This document shows, piece by piece, positions 9,129 through 18,368 of a DNA stretch of 64,000 nucleotides. The translations under genes and the position numbers were made by a program. Under the pieces are notes generated by a model. That model did not search any database. It worked only from the letters and a program-made list of their open reading frames with translations, and was not told where the DNA came from. Position 1 is the first letter of the stretch; each line of letters begins with the position of its first letter. Source of the DNA: Clostridiales bacterium (GTDB lineage: Bacteria; Bacillota; Clostridia; Oscillospirales; CAG-382); assembly GCA_003452915.1 (NCBI GenBank), contig DMMZ01000043.1, positions 4,933 to 68,932 of the forward strand, in the 5' to 3' direction.

Positions 9129-9204
9129 GCCATTTTCCAACGACAAATGGCGGTTGGATTATAGATTTTATTTTTATATTTGTCGTTGGAGAAATGGATT
9201 TTTT
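9129..9204 (+). promoter_or_regulatory. Candidate cis-regulatory leader RNA motif, copy A (CCAACG-loop hairpin plus complementary CGTTGGAGAAA box)
   Basis: Hairpin GCCATTT(9129-9135)/AAATGGC(9145-9151) with loop CCAACG at 9137-9142. A proximal GTTGGA lies at 9153-9158. The distal GTCGTTGGAGAAATGGA box is at 9182-9198 and the ATG at 9205. Near-identical elements occur at 41646-41717 and 58017-58087. Confidence 0.55.
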
Positions 9205-10710
9205 ATGCCAATCGATTTTATATATCCAGAATACGAAATAGCAAGAAATAAAGACCGTTGTATAGCCTGTCGCGTTTGTGAAAGACAATGTGCAAACGAG
9301 GTACATAAATATGATCAGGAACTTAAAATGATGGTTGCAGATGATATAAAATGTGTCGACTGTCAGCGTTGCGTTTCGCTTTGCCCTACAAGAGCATTAA
9401 AAATTGTAAAGACCGATAATACATATAAACAAAACGCCCACTGGAAGGGCAGTATTATTTCAGAGGTTTACCGTCAGGCAGGAAGCGGCGGTGTGCTGCT
9501 TTCTTCAATGGGTAATCCTCTCGACCTGCCAATTTATTGGGATAAGATTCTTATAAATGCATCACAGGTAACAAACCCCTCTATTGACCCATTAAGAGAA
9601 CCGATGGAAACAAAAACCTATCTCGGTCAGCGTCCTAATAAGATAGAGCGTGATAAGGACGGTAACATTGTCAATAACTTAACACCTCAGCTTGAATTAA
9701 GTACGCCGATTATGTTCTCGGCAATGTCATACGGATCAATAAGCTATAACGCACACGAGAGTCTTGCAAGAGCTGCTACCGAGCTTGGTATCTACTACAA
9801 TACAGGTGAAGGCGGACTGCACGAGGGTTTTTATAAATACGGTGCAAACACTATAGTTCAGGTTGCTTCGGGACGTTTCGGAGTTCATAAAGATTATTTA
9901 AACGCAGGTGCTGCAGTTGAAATAAAAATGGGACAGGGTGCAAAACCCGGTATCGGCGGACATCTTCCCGGCGCAAAGATTGTCGGTGATGTTTCAAGAA
10001 CAAGAATGATTCCCGAAGGCTCAGATGCGATTTCACCTGCTCCTCACCACGATATTTATTCAATTGAAGATCTTCATCAATTAGTTATGTCTCTCAAAGA
10101 AGCAACAAATTATACCAAGCCTGTTATAGTAAAAATCGCAGCGGTGCATAATGTTGCGGCAATAGCTTCAGGTATTGCACGAAGTGGTGCCGATATTATT
10201 TCAATTGACGGCTTCAGAGGCGGCACAGGTGCTGCTCCCACAAGAATAAGAGATAATGTAGGTATTCCGATCGAACTTGCACTTGCAAGTGTTGACAAGC
10301 GGCTCAGAGACGAGGGAATAAGAAACAATGTTTCTATAGTCGTTGGCGGTTCTGTAAGAAGCAGTGCTGATGTTGTAAAAGCAATTGCTCTCGGTGCGGA
10401 TGCGGTTTATATTGCAACAAGTGCACTTTTGGCACTCGGCTGTCACCTTTGCAGAAGCTGCCATGAAGGCAGATGCAACTGGGGTATAGCAACACAACGT
10501 CCTGATTTAGTAAAACGACTTAACCCCGAAATAGGTTATAAACGACTGGTAAATCTTGTTTCTGCCTGGACACATGAAATTAAAGAAATGATGGGCGGAA
10601 TGGGCATTAACTCAATAGAAGCACTTAAGGGTAATCGACTTATGCTCAGAGGTGTGGGACTTAACGAGAAGGAGCTTGAAATTCTTGGCATCCTTCACGC
10701 AGGGGAATAG
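9205..10710 (+). CDS. Glutamate synthase domain 2-like FMN subunit with an N-terminal 2x[4Fe-4S] ferredoxin domain
   Basis: 501 aa. Has CIACRVCERQC and CVDCQRCVSLCP clusters, then a GltB FMN-domain sequence (MSYGSIS, GEGG, KMGQGAKPGIGGHLPG, IDGFRGGTGAAP). I chose the ATG at 9205. Confidence 0.85.
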   Translation: MPIDFIYPEYEIARNKDRCIACRVCERQCANEVHKYDQELKMMVADDIKCVDCQRCVSLCPTRALKIVKTDNTYKQNAHWKGSIISEVYRQAGSGGVLLSSMGNPLDLPIYWDKILINASQVTNPSIDPLREPMETKTYLGQRPNKIERDKDGNIVNNLTPQLELSTPIMFSAMSYGSISYNAHESLARAATELGIYYNTGEGGLHEGFYKYGANTIVQVASGRFGVHKDYLNAGAAVEIKMGQGAKPGIGGHLPGAKIVGDVSRTRMIPEGSDAISPAPHHDIYSIEDLHQLVMSLKEATNYTKPVIVKIAAVHNVAAIASGIARSGADIISIDGFRGGTGAAPTRIRDNVGIPIELALASVDKRLRDEGIRNNVSIVVGGSVRSSADVVKAIALGADAVYIATSALLALGCHLCRSCHEGRCNWGIATQRPDLVKRLNPEIGYKRLVNLVSAWTHEIKEMMGGMGINSIEALKGNRLMLRGVGLNEKELEILGILHAGE

Positions 10711-10723
10711 GTTTGGTGAATAT

Positions 10724-11167
10724 ATGAAACGAATTATAGTCAACGAAAAATGGTGTCTAGGATGCCATCTTTGCGAGTACAATTGTGCTTTTGCAAATTC
10801 GGCAGGAAGTAAAAAAACACCTAACGATATGGTAAAAGCATTAAAAGATATTGTTATAAACCCCAGAATTAAGATTGAGGAAAAGGGCGACATCTGCTTT
10901 GCAGTTTCCTGCCGTCATTGTAAAGAGCCGTTATGTGTTAAGAGCTGTATCGCAGGGGCTTTAACTAAGGTTGATGAAATTATCCGTATTGACAAAGAAA
11001 AATGCGTCGAATGTCATACCTGTGTTCTTGTTTGCCCATACGGAGCAATAATGCCAAGCAACGAGGGTGTTATGCAAAAATGTGAGCTTTGTGTTCAGAA
11101 CGCTGACGGTCAACCTTTTTGCGTTAAAGGCTGCCCCAATAAAGCTATAGAGTACAAGGAGATATAA
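10724..11167 (+). CDS. 4Fe-4S dicluster ferredoxin-domain protein (electron-transfer partner in the GOGAT operon)
   Basis: 147 aa with several CxxCxxC(x)nC(P) motifs (CLGCHLCEYNC, CRHCKEPLC, CVECHTCVLVCP). The ATG at 10724 comes 13 nt after the upstream stop. Confidence 0.8.
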   Translation: MKRIIVNEKWCLGCHLCEYNCAFANSAGSKKTPNDMVKALKDIVINPRIKIEEKGDICFAVSCRHCKEPLCVKSCIAGALTKVDEIIRIDKEKCVECHTCVLVCPYGAIMPSNEGVMQKCELCVQNADGQPFCVKGCPNKAIEYKEI

Positions 11168-11170
11168 TAT

Positions 11171-12406
11171 ATGAAATATGTAATTATAGGTAACTCAGCG
11201 GCGGCAATAGGTTGTATTGAGGGTATAAGAAGCGTTGATTCCGAGGGAAGCATAACTGTTATATCAAAAGAAACACAGCATACATATTCAAGACCGCTCA
11301 TATCATATCTCTTACTTGGCAAAACTGACCTTGAGAGAATGAAATACCGTCCAAACAGCTTTTACGAGGACAAAAACTGCAAAGTAATGTTTGGTACAAC
11401 TGTTAAGAAAATACTTCCGAACGAAAAAGAAATGCTTTTAGATAACGGTGAGAGCGTTAAATACGACAAATTGCTTGTTGCAACAGGCTCAAACCCTTTT
11501 GTACCTCCGATAGAGGGTGTAAGCTCAGCAAAGAGTGTGCATACCTTTATGTCGCTGGACGACGCTCTTGCTCTGAAAAAAGATTTAACCTCCGAAAGCA
11601 GAGTTATAATTCTCGGCGGTGGTCTTATCGGTTTGAAATGTGCAGAGGGTATATTAAATTCTGTTAAGAAAATTACCGTGATTGATATGGCGGACAGGAT
11701 TCTACCCAGTATTCTTGATTCCGAAGGTTCGTCAATTATTCAAAAGCACCTTGAAAACAAAGGTGTAGAATTCCTGCTTGGTAACAGTATTACAAAGATT
11801 GACGGACAAAAAGCGTTATTAAAAAGCGGCGAAGAGATAGAGTTCGATAACCTTGTAATTGCTGTCGGTGTACGTGCCAATACTTCACTTGTATCAGAAG
11901 CAGGCGGAAAAGTAAACAGAGGTATTTATACTGATTTGTATTGCTGTACTGATTTACCCGATGTTTTTGCAGCAGGTGATTGCAGTGAAAGCTACGATAT
12001 TACAATAGAACAGGTCAGAGTTCTTGCATTGTTACCAAACGCATATATGCAGGGCGAGGTTGCCGGTATCAATATGGCAGGTGGCAAAACATTGTACGAC
12101 CATGCAATACCGATGAATGCAATCGGCTTTTTCGGTCTACATATAATTTCGGCAGGCAGCTATGAAGGTGAATGTTATACAGATGTAAAAGGTAATAATT
12201 ATAAAAAGTTATTTTATAAAGATAATAGGCTTATGGGGTATATTCTTATCGGTGATGTTGCCAGAGCAGGAATATATACCTCTCTAATCCGTGAGAAGAC
12301 ACCGCTTGACAGTATAGACTTTGAACTAATCAAAGATAAACCACAGCTTATGGCGTTTACGCAAAAAGACAGAGCAGCTTTACTGATTAAAGAAGCTCTA
12401 CATTAA
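11171..12406 (+). CDS. NAD(P)/FAD-dependent pyridine nucleotide-disulfide oxidoreductase family protein
   Basis: 411 aa. Has an N-terminal dinucleotide fold (VIIGNSAAAIG), a second fold (VIILGGGLIGLKCAE) and an AAGDC motif. Confidence 0.8.
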   Translation: MKYVIIGNSAAAIGCIEGIRSVDSEGSITVISKETQHTYSRPLISYLLLGKTDLERMKYRPNSFYEDKNCKVMFGTTVKKILPNEKEMLLDNGESVKYDKLLVATGSNPFVPPIEGVSSAKSVHTFMSLDDALALKKDLTSESRVIILGGGLIGLKCAEGILNSVKKITVIDMADRILPSILDSEGSSIIQKHLENKGVEFLLGNSITKIDGQKALLKSGEEIEFDNLVIAVGVRANTSLVSEAGGKVNRGIYTDLYCCTDLPDVFAAGDCSESYDITIEQVRVLALLPNAYMQGEVAGINMAGGKTLYDHAIPMNAIGFFGLHIISAGSYEGECYTDVKGNNYKKLFYKDNRLMGYILIGDVARAGIYTSLIREKTPLDSIDFELIKDKPQLMAFTQKDRAALLIKEALH

Positions 12407-12431
12407 TTTTAGAATAGGAGGAATAACATAT

Positions 12432-13079
12432 ATGGAAAGAAGTTGTATGGGAGAAAGATACCTTGGCTGCGGAAGCAAGGGCGAAGAAATTATACTTAAC
12501 GGAACTCCCGGAAACGCACTCGGTGCTTATCTTGACGGCTCAAATATTGTTGTAAACGGAAACGCACAGGATGCTATGGGCGACACCATGAACGCAGGCA
12601 GCATAACTGTTCACGGCGGCACTGGTGATGCGTGCGGATATGCAATGCGTGGCGGAGAAATCTATGTACGTGACAGCGTAGGCTACCGTGCGGGAATCCA
12701 CATGAAAGCATATAAAGAAAAGCTCCCTGTGCTTGTTATTGGAGGCAGAGCAGGCAGTTTTCTGGGCGAATATCAAGCAGGAGGACTTATTATAGTGCTT
12801 GGTCTTGGCTTTGAGGGTAAAGGCGTAGTAGGTTATTTTTGCGGAACAGGTATGCACGGCGGCAAAATTTATCTCCGCACCGACACCGAACCTCAGGATT
12901 TGCCCGAGCAGGTAATGGTCAGCGAAGCAACAGAAGAAGATATGCAGGCAATAGACAGGTATATAAATTCCTATTGTGATAAGTTTAATGTTGAAAAATC
13001 TGTTATCGAAAACAGCAAATTTTATGTATTAACACCAAATACTAAAAATCCTTATAAAAGACTTTACTGTTATAATTAA
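12432..13079 (+). CDS. Glutamate synthase domain 3-like (GXGXG motif) subunit
   Basis: 215 aa with repeated G-x-G beta-helix motifs (GTPGNALGAYLDGSNIVVNGNAQDAMGDTMNAGSITVHG...). An AGGAGG RBS lies upstream. Confidence 0.85.
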   Translation: MERSCMGERYLGCGSKGEEIILNGTPGNALGAYLDGSNIVVNGNAQDAMGDTMNAGSITVHGGTGDACGYAMRGGEIYVRDSVGYRAGIHMKAYKEKLPVLVIGGRAGSFLGEYQAGGLIIVLGLGFEGKGVVGYFCGTGMHGGKIYLRTDTEPQDLPEQVMVSEATEEDMQAIDRYINSYCDKFNVEKSVIENSKFYVLTPNTKNPYKRLYCYN

Positions 13080-13135
13080 ATAGTGTATAATAAAATCTAT
13101 TAATTATAAAATAATGTGGGAAAGGGATAATAGAT

Positions 13136-14368
13136 ATGTTTTTTACCGAAAACGAGGTTATGCAGTTCATAACAGAAAACGATGTTAAGTTTATCCGACT
13201 TTCCTACAACGATATTTACGGTACTCAGAAAAATGTTTCTATAATGCCGTCCGAACTTGGACGTGCTTTCAAGAGTGGAATATCCTTCGATGCGTCTGCT
13301 GTGCTGGGGTTTGGCGACGAGGTAAGATCGGATTTATTTCTTTATCCCGATCCGTCAACCCTTGCTCTTTTACCCTGGCGTCCTTCACACGGCAGAGTTG
13401 TTAGATTTTTCTGCGACATAAAGCATCCTGACGGCATTATTTTTGAGCTTGACAGCCGTAATATATTAAAAAATGCTATTTTCTACGCCGAAGAACGCGG
13501 ATATAAGATTAGCTTCGGTGCAGAATGTGAGTTTTATCTTTTTAAATGCGATGCTGATGGTAATCCAACAGATATTCCTTTTGATAACGCCGGTTATATG
13601 GATGTTTCTCCGCTTGACAGAGGAGAGAATGTCCGTCGTGAAATCTGTCTGACTCTTGAGGATATGGGAATTACCCCAGAGGCATCTCATCATGAGGAAG
13701 GTCCAGGACAAAACGAAATAGATTTTAAATACAGTGAACCTTTAATATCAGCAGATAACGTAACCACCTTTAAATGGGTGGTTAGAACTGTTGCGTCAAG
13801 AAACGGATTATATGCAACCTTTGACCCAAAACCAATATTAAATCGCAGTGGCAATGGTTTTCATATAAATATGTCTCCCAAACGTATAAATGGAATAACC
13901 GAACCTGACGTTTTTAATTACTTTATGGCAGGCGTTCTTGACAGAGCAATAGAAATCAGTGCCTTTTTAAATCCTACCGAGGGTTCATATAAACGTTTAG
14001 GCGAATATAAAGCGCCCAAATACGTTACATGGTCAGAGCAAAACCGCTCACAGCTTATCAGAATACCTGCTGGGGAAAATGAATACAAACGCATTGAGCT
14101 GCGTTCACCCGATTGCAGCGCAAATCATTATATTGCTTATGCACTTCTTATTTATGCAGGTATAGAAGGTATAGATAATAAAAAGATTCCAGCAGAATCT
14201 GTAAATTTGAATCTTTACAAAGCAGAGCCTTCTGTAACTAATAAACTGCAAAAACTCCCCTCAAGCCTGAAAGAAGCAATAGAAATAGCCGATAAAAGTG
14301 ATTTTATAAATAAATTTATTCCTAAGCGTGTTACCGAAGCGTATAAATTGCTGATCGGCAGAGAATAG
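13136..14368 (+). CDS. glnA: Glutamine synthetase, type I family (short form)
   Basis: 410 aa. Has a GS beta-grasp N-terminus (VKFIRLSYNDIYGTQKN) and catalytic motifs (HHEEGPGQNEIDF, NGSGFHINMS-like, RIELRSPD). Confidence 0.85.
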   Translation: MFFTENEVMQFITENDVKFIRLSYNDIYGTQKNVSIMPSELGRAFKSGISFDASAVLGFGDEVRSDLFLYPDPSTLALLPWRPSHGRVVRFFCDIKHPDGIIFELDSRNILKNAIFYAEERGYKISFGAECEFYLFKCDADGNPTDIPFDNAGYMDVSPLDRGENVRREICLTLEDMGITPEASHHEEGPGQNEIDFKYSEPLISADNVTTFKWVVRTVASRNGLYATFDPKPILNRSGNGFHINMSPKRINGITEPDVFNYFMAGVLDRAIEISAFLNPTEGSYKRLGEYKAPKYVTWSEQNRSQLIRIPAGENEYKRIELRSPDCSANHYIAYALLIYAGIEGIDNKKIPAESVNLNLYKAEPSVTNKLQKLPSSLKEAIEIADKSDFINKFIPKRVTEAYKLLIGRE

Positions 14369-14379
14369 GGGTGGCGGGT

Positions 14380-14967
14380 ATGTTGTTCGGCAAAACGCCG
14401 TACAGCGTGCTGGTGGTCTCAAGCGGAGAGAAGATTACTGAGTTTATAAAAGAAGTTCTGGATAACAGTGTCTATTCCCCTGTTGTTTTTACCGCAAGCG
14501 GTGGAGAGGCAAGGAATATCCTTATTTCGCAGAATTTTGACCTTGTTATAATTAACTCTCCTCTTAGCGACGAATTCGGCAGTGAACTTGCTTTTAAGCT
14601 GACCGAAAATTCAGTATGTGGCGTAATTATACTAGTAAAAAGCGATATTTTTGATGAAATAAGTGAGCGTGTTGAACAATACGGCGTACTTGCTGTAAGC
14701 AAACCGATTTCCCGTGCGTTTTTTACTCAAGCTATAAAAATGTCGGTTGCTACTTTAGAACGTTTAAAACGGCTCGAAACAGAAAATAAAAAGCTTACAT
14801 TAAAAATCGATGAGGTTAAGTTAATCGAAAGAGCAAAATTTGTATTAATCGAATATTTAAAAATGAACGAATCTCAGGCGCATAAATATATCGAAAAACA
14901 AGCTATGGATATGCGTGTTACTCGACGCGAGGTAGCGGAAAGTATAATAAAAACATATGAATACTAA
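14380..14967 (+). CDS. ANTAR-domain RNA-binding antiterminator with a pseudo-receiver N-terminal domain
   Basis: The C-terminus ERAKFVLIEYLKMNESQAHKYIEKQAMDMRVTRREVAESII is a typical ANTAR helix bundle preceded by a coiled coil. The N-terminal CheY-like fold lacks the usual acidic pocket: VVSSGE occupies the DD position, and DLVIINSPL has N where the phospho-Asp is expected. A GTG at 14371 is an alternative start. Confidence 0.85.
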   Translation: MLFGKTPYSVLVVSSGEKITEFIKEVLDNSVYSPVVFTASGGEARNILISQNFDLVIINSPLSDEFGSELAFKLTENSVCGVIILVKSDIFDEISERVEQYGVLAVSKPISRAFFTQAIKMSVATLERLKRLETENKKLTLKIDEVKLIERAKFVLIEYLKMNESQAHKYIEKQAMDMRVTRREVAESIIKTYEY

Positions 14968-15045
14968 AAAATAGAGTTTTAATCTTTAGTATTTAGAAAA
15001 GCCATTGACGGTTTTTTAATTATCATTATAAAAACATCAGATTTT

Positions 15046-15072
15046 AAACCGAAAATTTATTTTCGGTTTTTA
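15046..15072 (+). terminator. Intrinsic terminator of the GOGAT-glnA-ANTAR operon
   Basis: AAACCGAAA (15046-15054) pairs with TTTCGGTTT (15061-15069), followed by a T-rich tail. Confidence 0.6.
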
Positions 15073-15179
15073 CAAATTCTACAAGAAAATAAAATTGTTT
15101 TTATTGAATTCGGAACGGTTTTTTTGCTAATTATATAATAATAAATAAAATATATAAGATTAAAAGAAAGGTTTTTAAA

Positions 15180-16706
15180 ATGGCGAATCAAATCGTTTTA
15201 GTTCTTGATTTTGGTGGGCAATACAAGGAGTTAATTGCACGTCGCGTACGTGAAAATAATGTTTTTTCCTACATTTTAAGCGGTGATACACCTATAGAGA
15301 AAATTAAAAAATACAATCCGATAGGAATAATCCTCACTGGCGGACCGTCAAGCGTATATGCAGATGATTCTCCAAGGTGCGTTCGCGAATTATTCGAGCT
15401 TGGTATTCCGATTTTGGGAATTTGTTACGGAATGCAGCTTATGTGCTATATGCTGGACGGAAATGTAAAGATGGGCGAAGTAAGCGAATACGGACAGACA
15501 AACTGCGAGATTGATACGGATAACAAGCTTTTTACGGGACTTGATAAAAAACAGACCGTACTTATGAGCCATACAGATAGGATTTTCGGACTTCCTAAGG
15601 GATTTGTTTCTATGGCAACAACCTCCGATTGCCCGATAGCAGCCTTTGGTAACCAAAGGCAAGGACTTTACGGACTGCAATTTCATCCAGAAGTCAACCA
15701 CACAAAAAACGGAAAACAGATAATAAGAAACTTTTTATACAATGTTTGCGGTGCGGTCGGTGATTACAACATGACCGATTACATTGAAAAGCAGGTAGAG
15801 GAAATAAGGCAAAAAATCGGCGATAAGCGAGTTTTACTTGCATTGTCTGGCGGTGTTGATTCATCTGTTTGTGCTGCCTTATTATCAAAAGCGATTCCGA
15901 ATAAAGTTATCTGTATATTTGTTGATCACGGATTTATGCGTAAGGACGAAGGTGATCAGATTGAAGCAATTTTTTCAAAACGTGACCTTGAGTTTATTCG
16001 GGTTAACGCTTCGGAGAAATTTTTGGACAAGTTAAAGGATGTTGCCGAGCCTGAGAAAAAGCGCAAGATAATAGGTGCGGAATTTATAAAAGTTTTTGAA
16101 GAACAAGCGAAAAAGTTGGGAAATATTGAGTTTTTGGCACAGGGAACAATATATCCCGATATAATAGAATCAGGGAACGATAAAGCGGCTACAATAAAAA
16201 GTCATCACAATGTAGGTGGTTTACCGGATATTATGAACTTTGAAGGTATTGTTGAGCCGCTTAGAGGCCTTTTCAAGGATGAAGTTCGTACAGTCGGCAA
16301 AAAGTTGGGATTGCCGTCATATTTAATTAACCGTCAGCCGTTCCCCGGACCGGGACTTGCGATACGTATAATCGGTGATGTTTCCAAAGAAAAGTGTGAT
16401 ATTCTCCGCGAAGCGGATGCTATTGCACGTGAGGAAATTGACAAACTGCGTAATAAGCCAAACCAGTATTTTGCAGTGTTAACCAATTCACGTTCTGTTG
16501 GAGTTATGGGTGACGGAAGAACATATGACTATGCCGTTGCAATAAGAGCTGTAAAGACAGATGATTTTATGACAGCGGAATTTATGAAGCTGCCGTACAA
16601 CACACTTGAACGAGTTTCAAGAAGAATTACAAACGAAGTAGACGGCGTCAACAGGGTTGTATACGATATTACAGATAAACCGCCGGCAACCGTTGAATGG
16701 GAATAA
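15180..16706 (+). CDS. guaA: GMP synthase (glutamine-hydrolyzing)
   Basis: 508 aa. Has a GATase-1 domain (GICYGMQ, HPE), an ATP-PPase P-loop (SGGVDSSV) and the C-terminal PPATVEWE. Confidence 0.95.
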   Translation: MANQIVLVLDFGGQYKELIARRVRENNVFSYILSGDTPIEKIKKYNPIGIILTGGPSSVYADDSPRCVRELFELGIPILGICYGMQLMCYMLDGNVKMGEVSEYGQTNCEIDTDNKLFTGLDKKQTVLMSHTDRIFGLPKGFVSMATTSDCPIAAFGNQRQGLYGLQFHPEVNHTKNGKQIIRNFLYNVCGAVGDYNMTDYIEKQVEEIRQKIGDKRVLLALSGGVDSSVCAALLSKAIPNKVICIFVDHGFMRKDEGDQIEAIFSKRDLEFIRVNASEKFLDKLKDVAEPEKKRKIIGAEFIKVFEEQAKKLGNIEFLAQGTIYPDIIESGNDKAATIKSHHNVGGLPDIMNFEGIVEPLRGLFKDEVRTVGKKLGLPSYLINRQPFPGPGLAIRIIGDVSKEKCDILREADAIAREEIDKLRNKPNQYFAVLTNSRSVGVMGDGRTYDYAVAIRAVKTDDFMTAEFMKLPYNTLERVSRRITNEVDGVNRVVYDITDKPPATVEWE

Positions 16707-16751
16707 CCAATATTAATAATTCTGCTCCCTAACGAAAGGATAATAAAATCT

Positions 16752-18362
16752 ATGACTAAATATATATTTGTAACCGGAGGTGTAGTTTCCGGTTTAGGAA
16801 AGGGTATAACAGCTGCTTCTCTTGGAAGACTTCTTAAGGCAAGAGGTCTTAAGGTCGCTGCGCAAAAGCTGGACCCGTATATAAATGTTGATCCCGGTAC
16901 GATGAGTCCTTTTCAACATGGCGAAGTCTATGTTACAGAGGATGGAGCGGAAACTGACCTAGACCTCGGGCATTACGAGAGATTTATCGATGAGGATTTA
17001 AATAAGTATTCCAACCTTACTACAGGAAAGATTTACTGGAACGTACTTAACAAAGAAAGAAAAGGAGAATATCTCGGAGAAACCGTACAGGTTATTCCTC
17101 ACATTACAAACGAGATTAAAAAATTCATTTACTCGGTTGGCAAAAAGACAGATGCTGATATTGTAATAACTGAAATAGGCGGAACAGCAGGTGATATTGA
17201 GAGCCAACCATTTTTGGAGGCAATCAGACAGGTTGCGCTTGAGGTTGGTTATCAAAACCGACTTTTCATTCATGTTACTTTAGTTCCCTATTTAAAAAGT
17301 TCGGGAGAACATAAATCAAAACCTACCCAGCATTCGGTTAAAGAATTGCAGGGAATGGGTATCGCACCTGATATTATTGTACTTAGATGTGATGAGCCGC
17401 TTGAAGACGGACTTATGAATAAAATCAGTCTTTTTTGTAATGTAAAAAGGGAGTGCGTTATTCAAAATATAACCCTTCCTGTGTTATACGAAGCACCGAT
17501 TATGCTTGAGGAAAATAACTTTTCCTCAATAGTCTGCAACCAACTCGGATTAAACACTGCTCCGCCCGATTTAAGCGACTGGCAGAATATGCTCAACCGT
17601 ATCCGCAACAGAACCAAGATGGTCAGAATTGCACTTGTCGGGAAATATGTCAAGTTACACGATGCTTACCTTTCGGTGGCTGAGGCACTTCGCCATGCGG
17701 GATATGAAAACAGCTCTAGAATTGATATTAATTGGATAGACAGCGAGAATATTACAAATGATAATGCAGCCTGCCTGCTTTCCGATTGCGATGGAATTCT
17801 TATACCGGGTGGTTTTGGAAACAGAGGTATTGAAGGAAAAATTCTTGCATGTAAATATGCAAGAGAAAACAACATTCCTTATCTTGGAATTTGTCTTGGC
17901 ATGCAGATAGCTGTTATTGAATTTGCCCGTAATGTATGCGGAATCACAGATGCAAATTCTGGTGAGTTTGACGAGAATGGTGCTAATAAGGTAATAGACT
18001 TTATGTCCGACCAGTCGAATTCTATAAATAAAGGCGGCACAATGCGTTTAGGAAGCTACCCATGCAAAATTATACCTAACAGTATTATGGAAAAAGCTTA
18101 CGGTCGGCAGCTAATATCTGAGCGTCACAGACACCGTTATGAATTCAATAACGAGTATAAAGAACTTTTTGAGAAAAACGGATTGGCGATAAGCGGAACT
18201 TCACCAAACGGTGAAATAGTAGAAACGGTTGAATTACATAAAAATGACTATTTTATCGGCGTACAGTTCCATCCTGAGTTTAAAAGCCGCCCCAACCGCG
18301 CACATCCATTATTTGCTGGACTCATAAAAGCCGCACTGGAACACCAGTCACGAAAGGAATGA
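16752..18362 (+). CDS. pyrG: CTP synthase
   Basis: 536 aa. Starts [19 protein letters not shown] and has the GATase motifs GICLGMQ and QFHPEF. Confidence 0.95.
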   Translation: MTKYIFVTGGVVSGLGKGITAASLGRLLKARGLKVAAQKLDPYINVDPGTMSPFQHGEVYVTEDGAETDLDLGHYERFIDEDLNKYSNLTTGKIYWNVLNKERKGEYLGETVQVIPHITNEIKKFIYSVGKKTDADIVITEIGGTAGDIESQPFLEAIRQVALEVGYQNRLFIHVTLVPYLKSSGEHKSKPTQHSVKELQGMGIAPDIIVLRCDEPLEDGLMNKISLFCNVKRECVIQNITLPVLYEAPIMLEENNFSSIVCNQLGLNTAPPDLSDWQNMLNRIRNRTKMVRIALVGKYVKLHDAYLSVAEALRHAGYENSSRIDINWIDSENITNDNAACLLSDCDGILIPGGFGNRGIEGKILACKYARENNIPYLGICLGMQIAVIEFARNVCGITDANSGEFDENGANKVIDFMSDQSNSINKGGTMRLGSYPCKIIPNSIMEKAYGRQLISERHRHRYEFNNEYKELFEKNGLAISGTSPNGEIVETVELHKNDYFIGVQFHPEFKSRPNRAHPLFAGLIKAALEHQSRKE

Positions 18363-18368
18363 TTTGAA

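Noticed and set aside
14968-15179. Possible purine/guanine riboswitch upstream of guaA.
   Set aside because: The spacer contains only the upstream operon terminator and AT-rich promoter-like sequence. There is no three-way junction and no conserved purine-riboswitch loop sequence.
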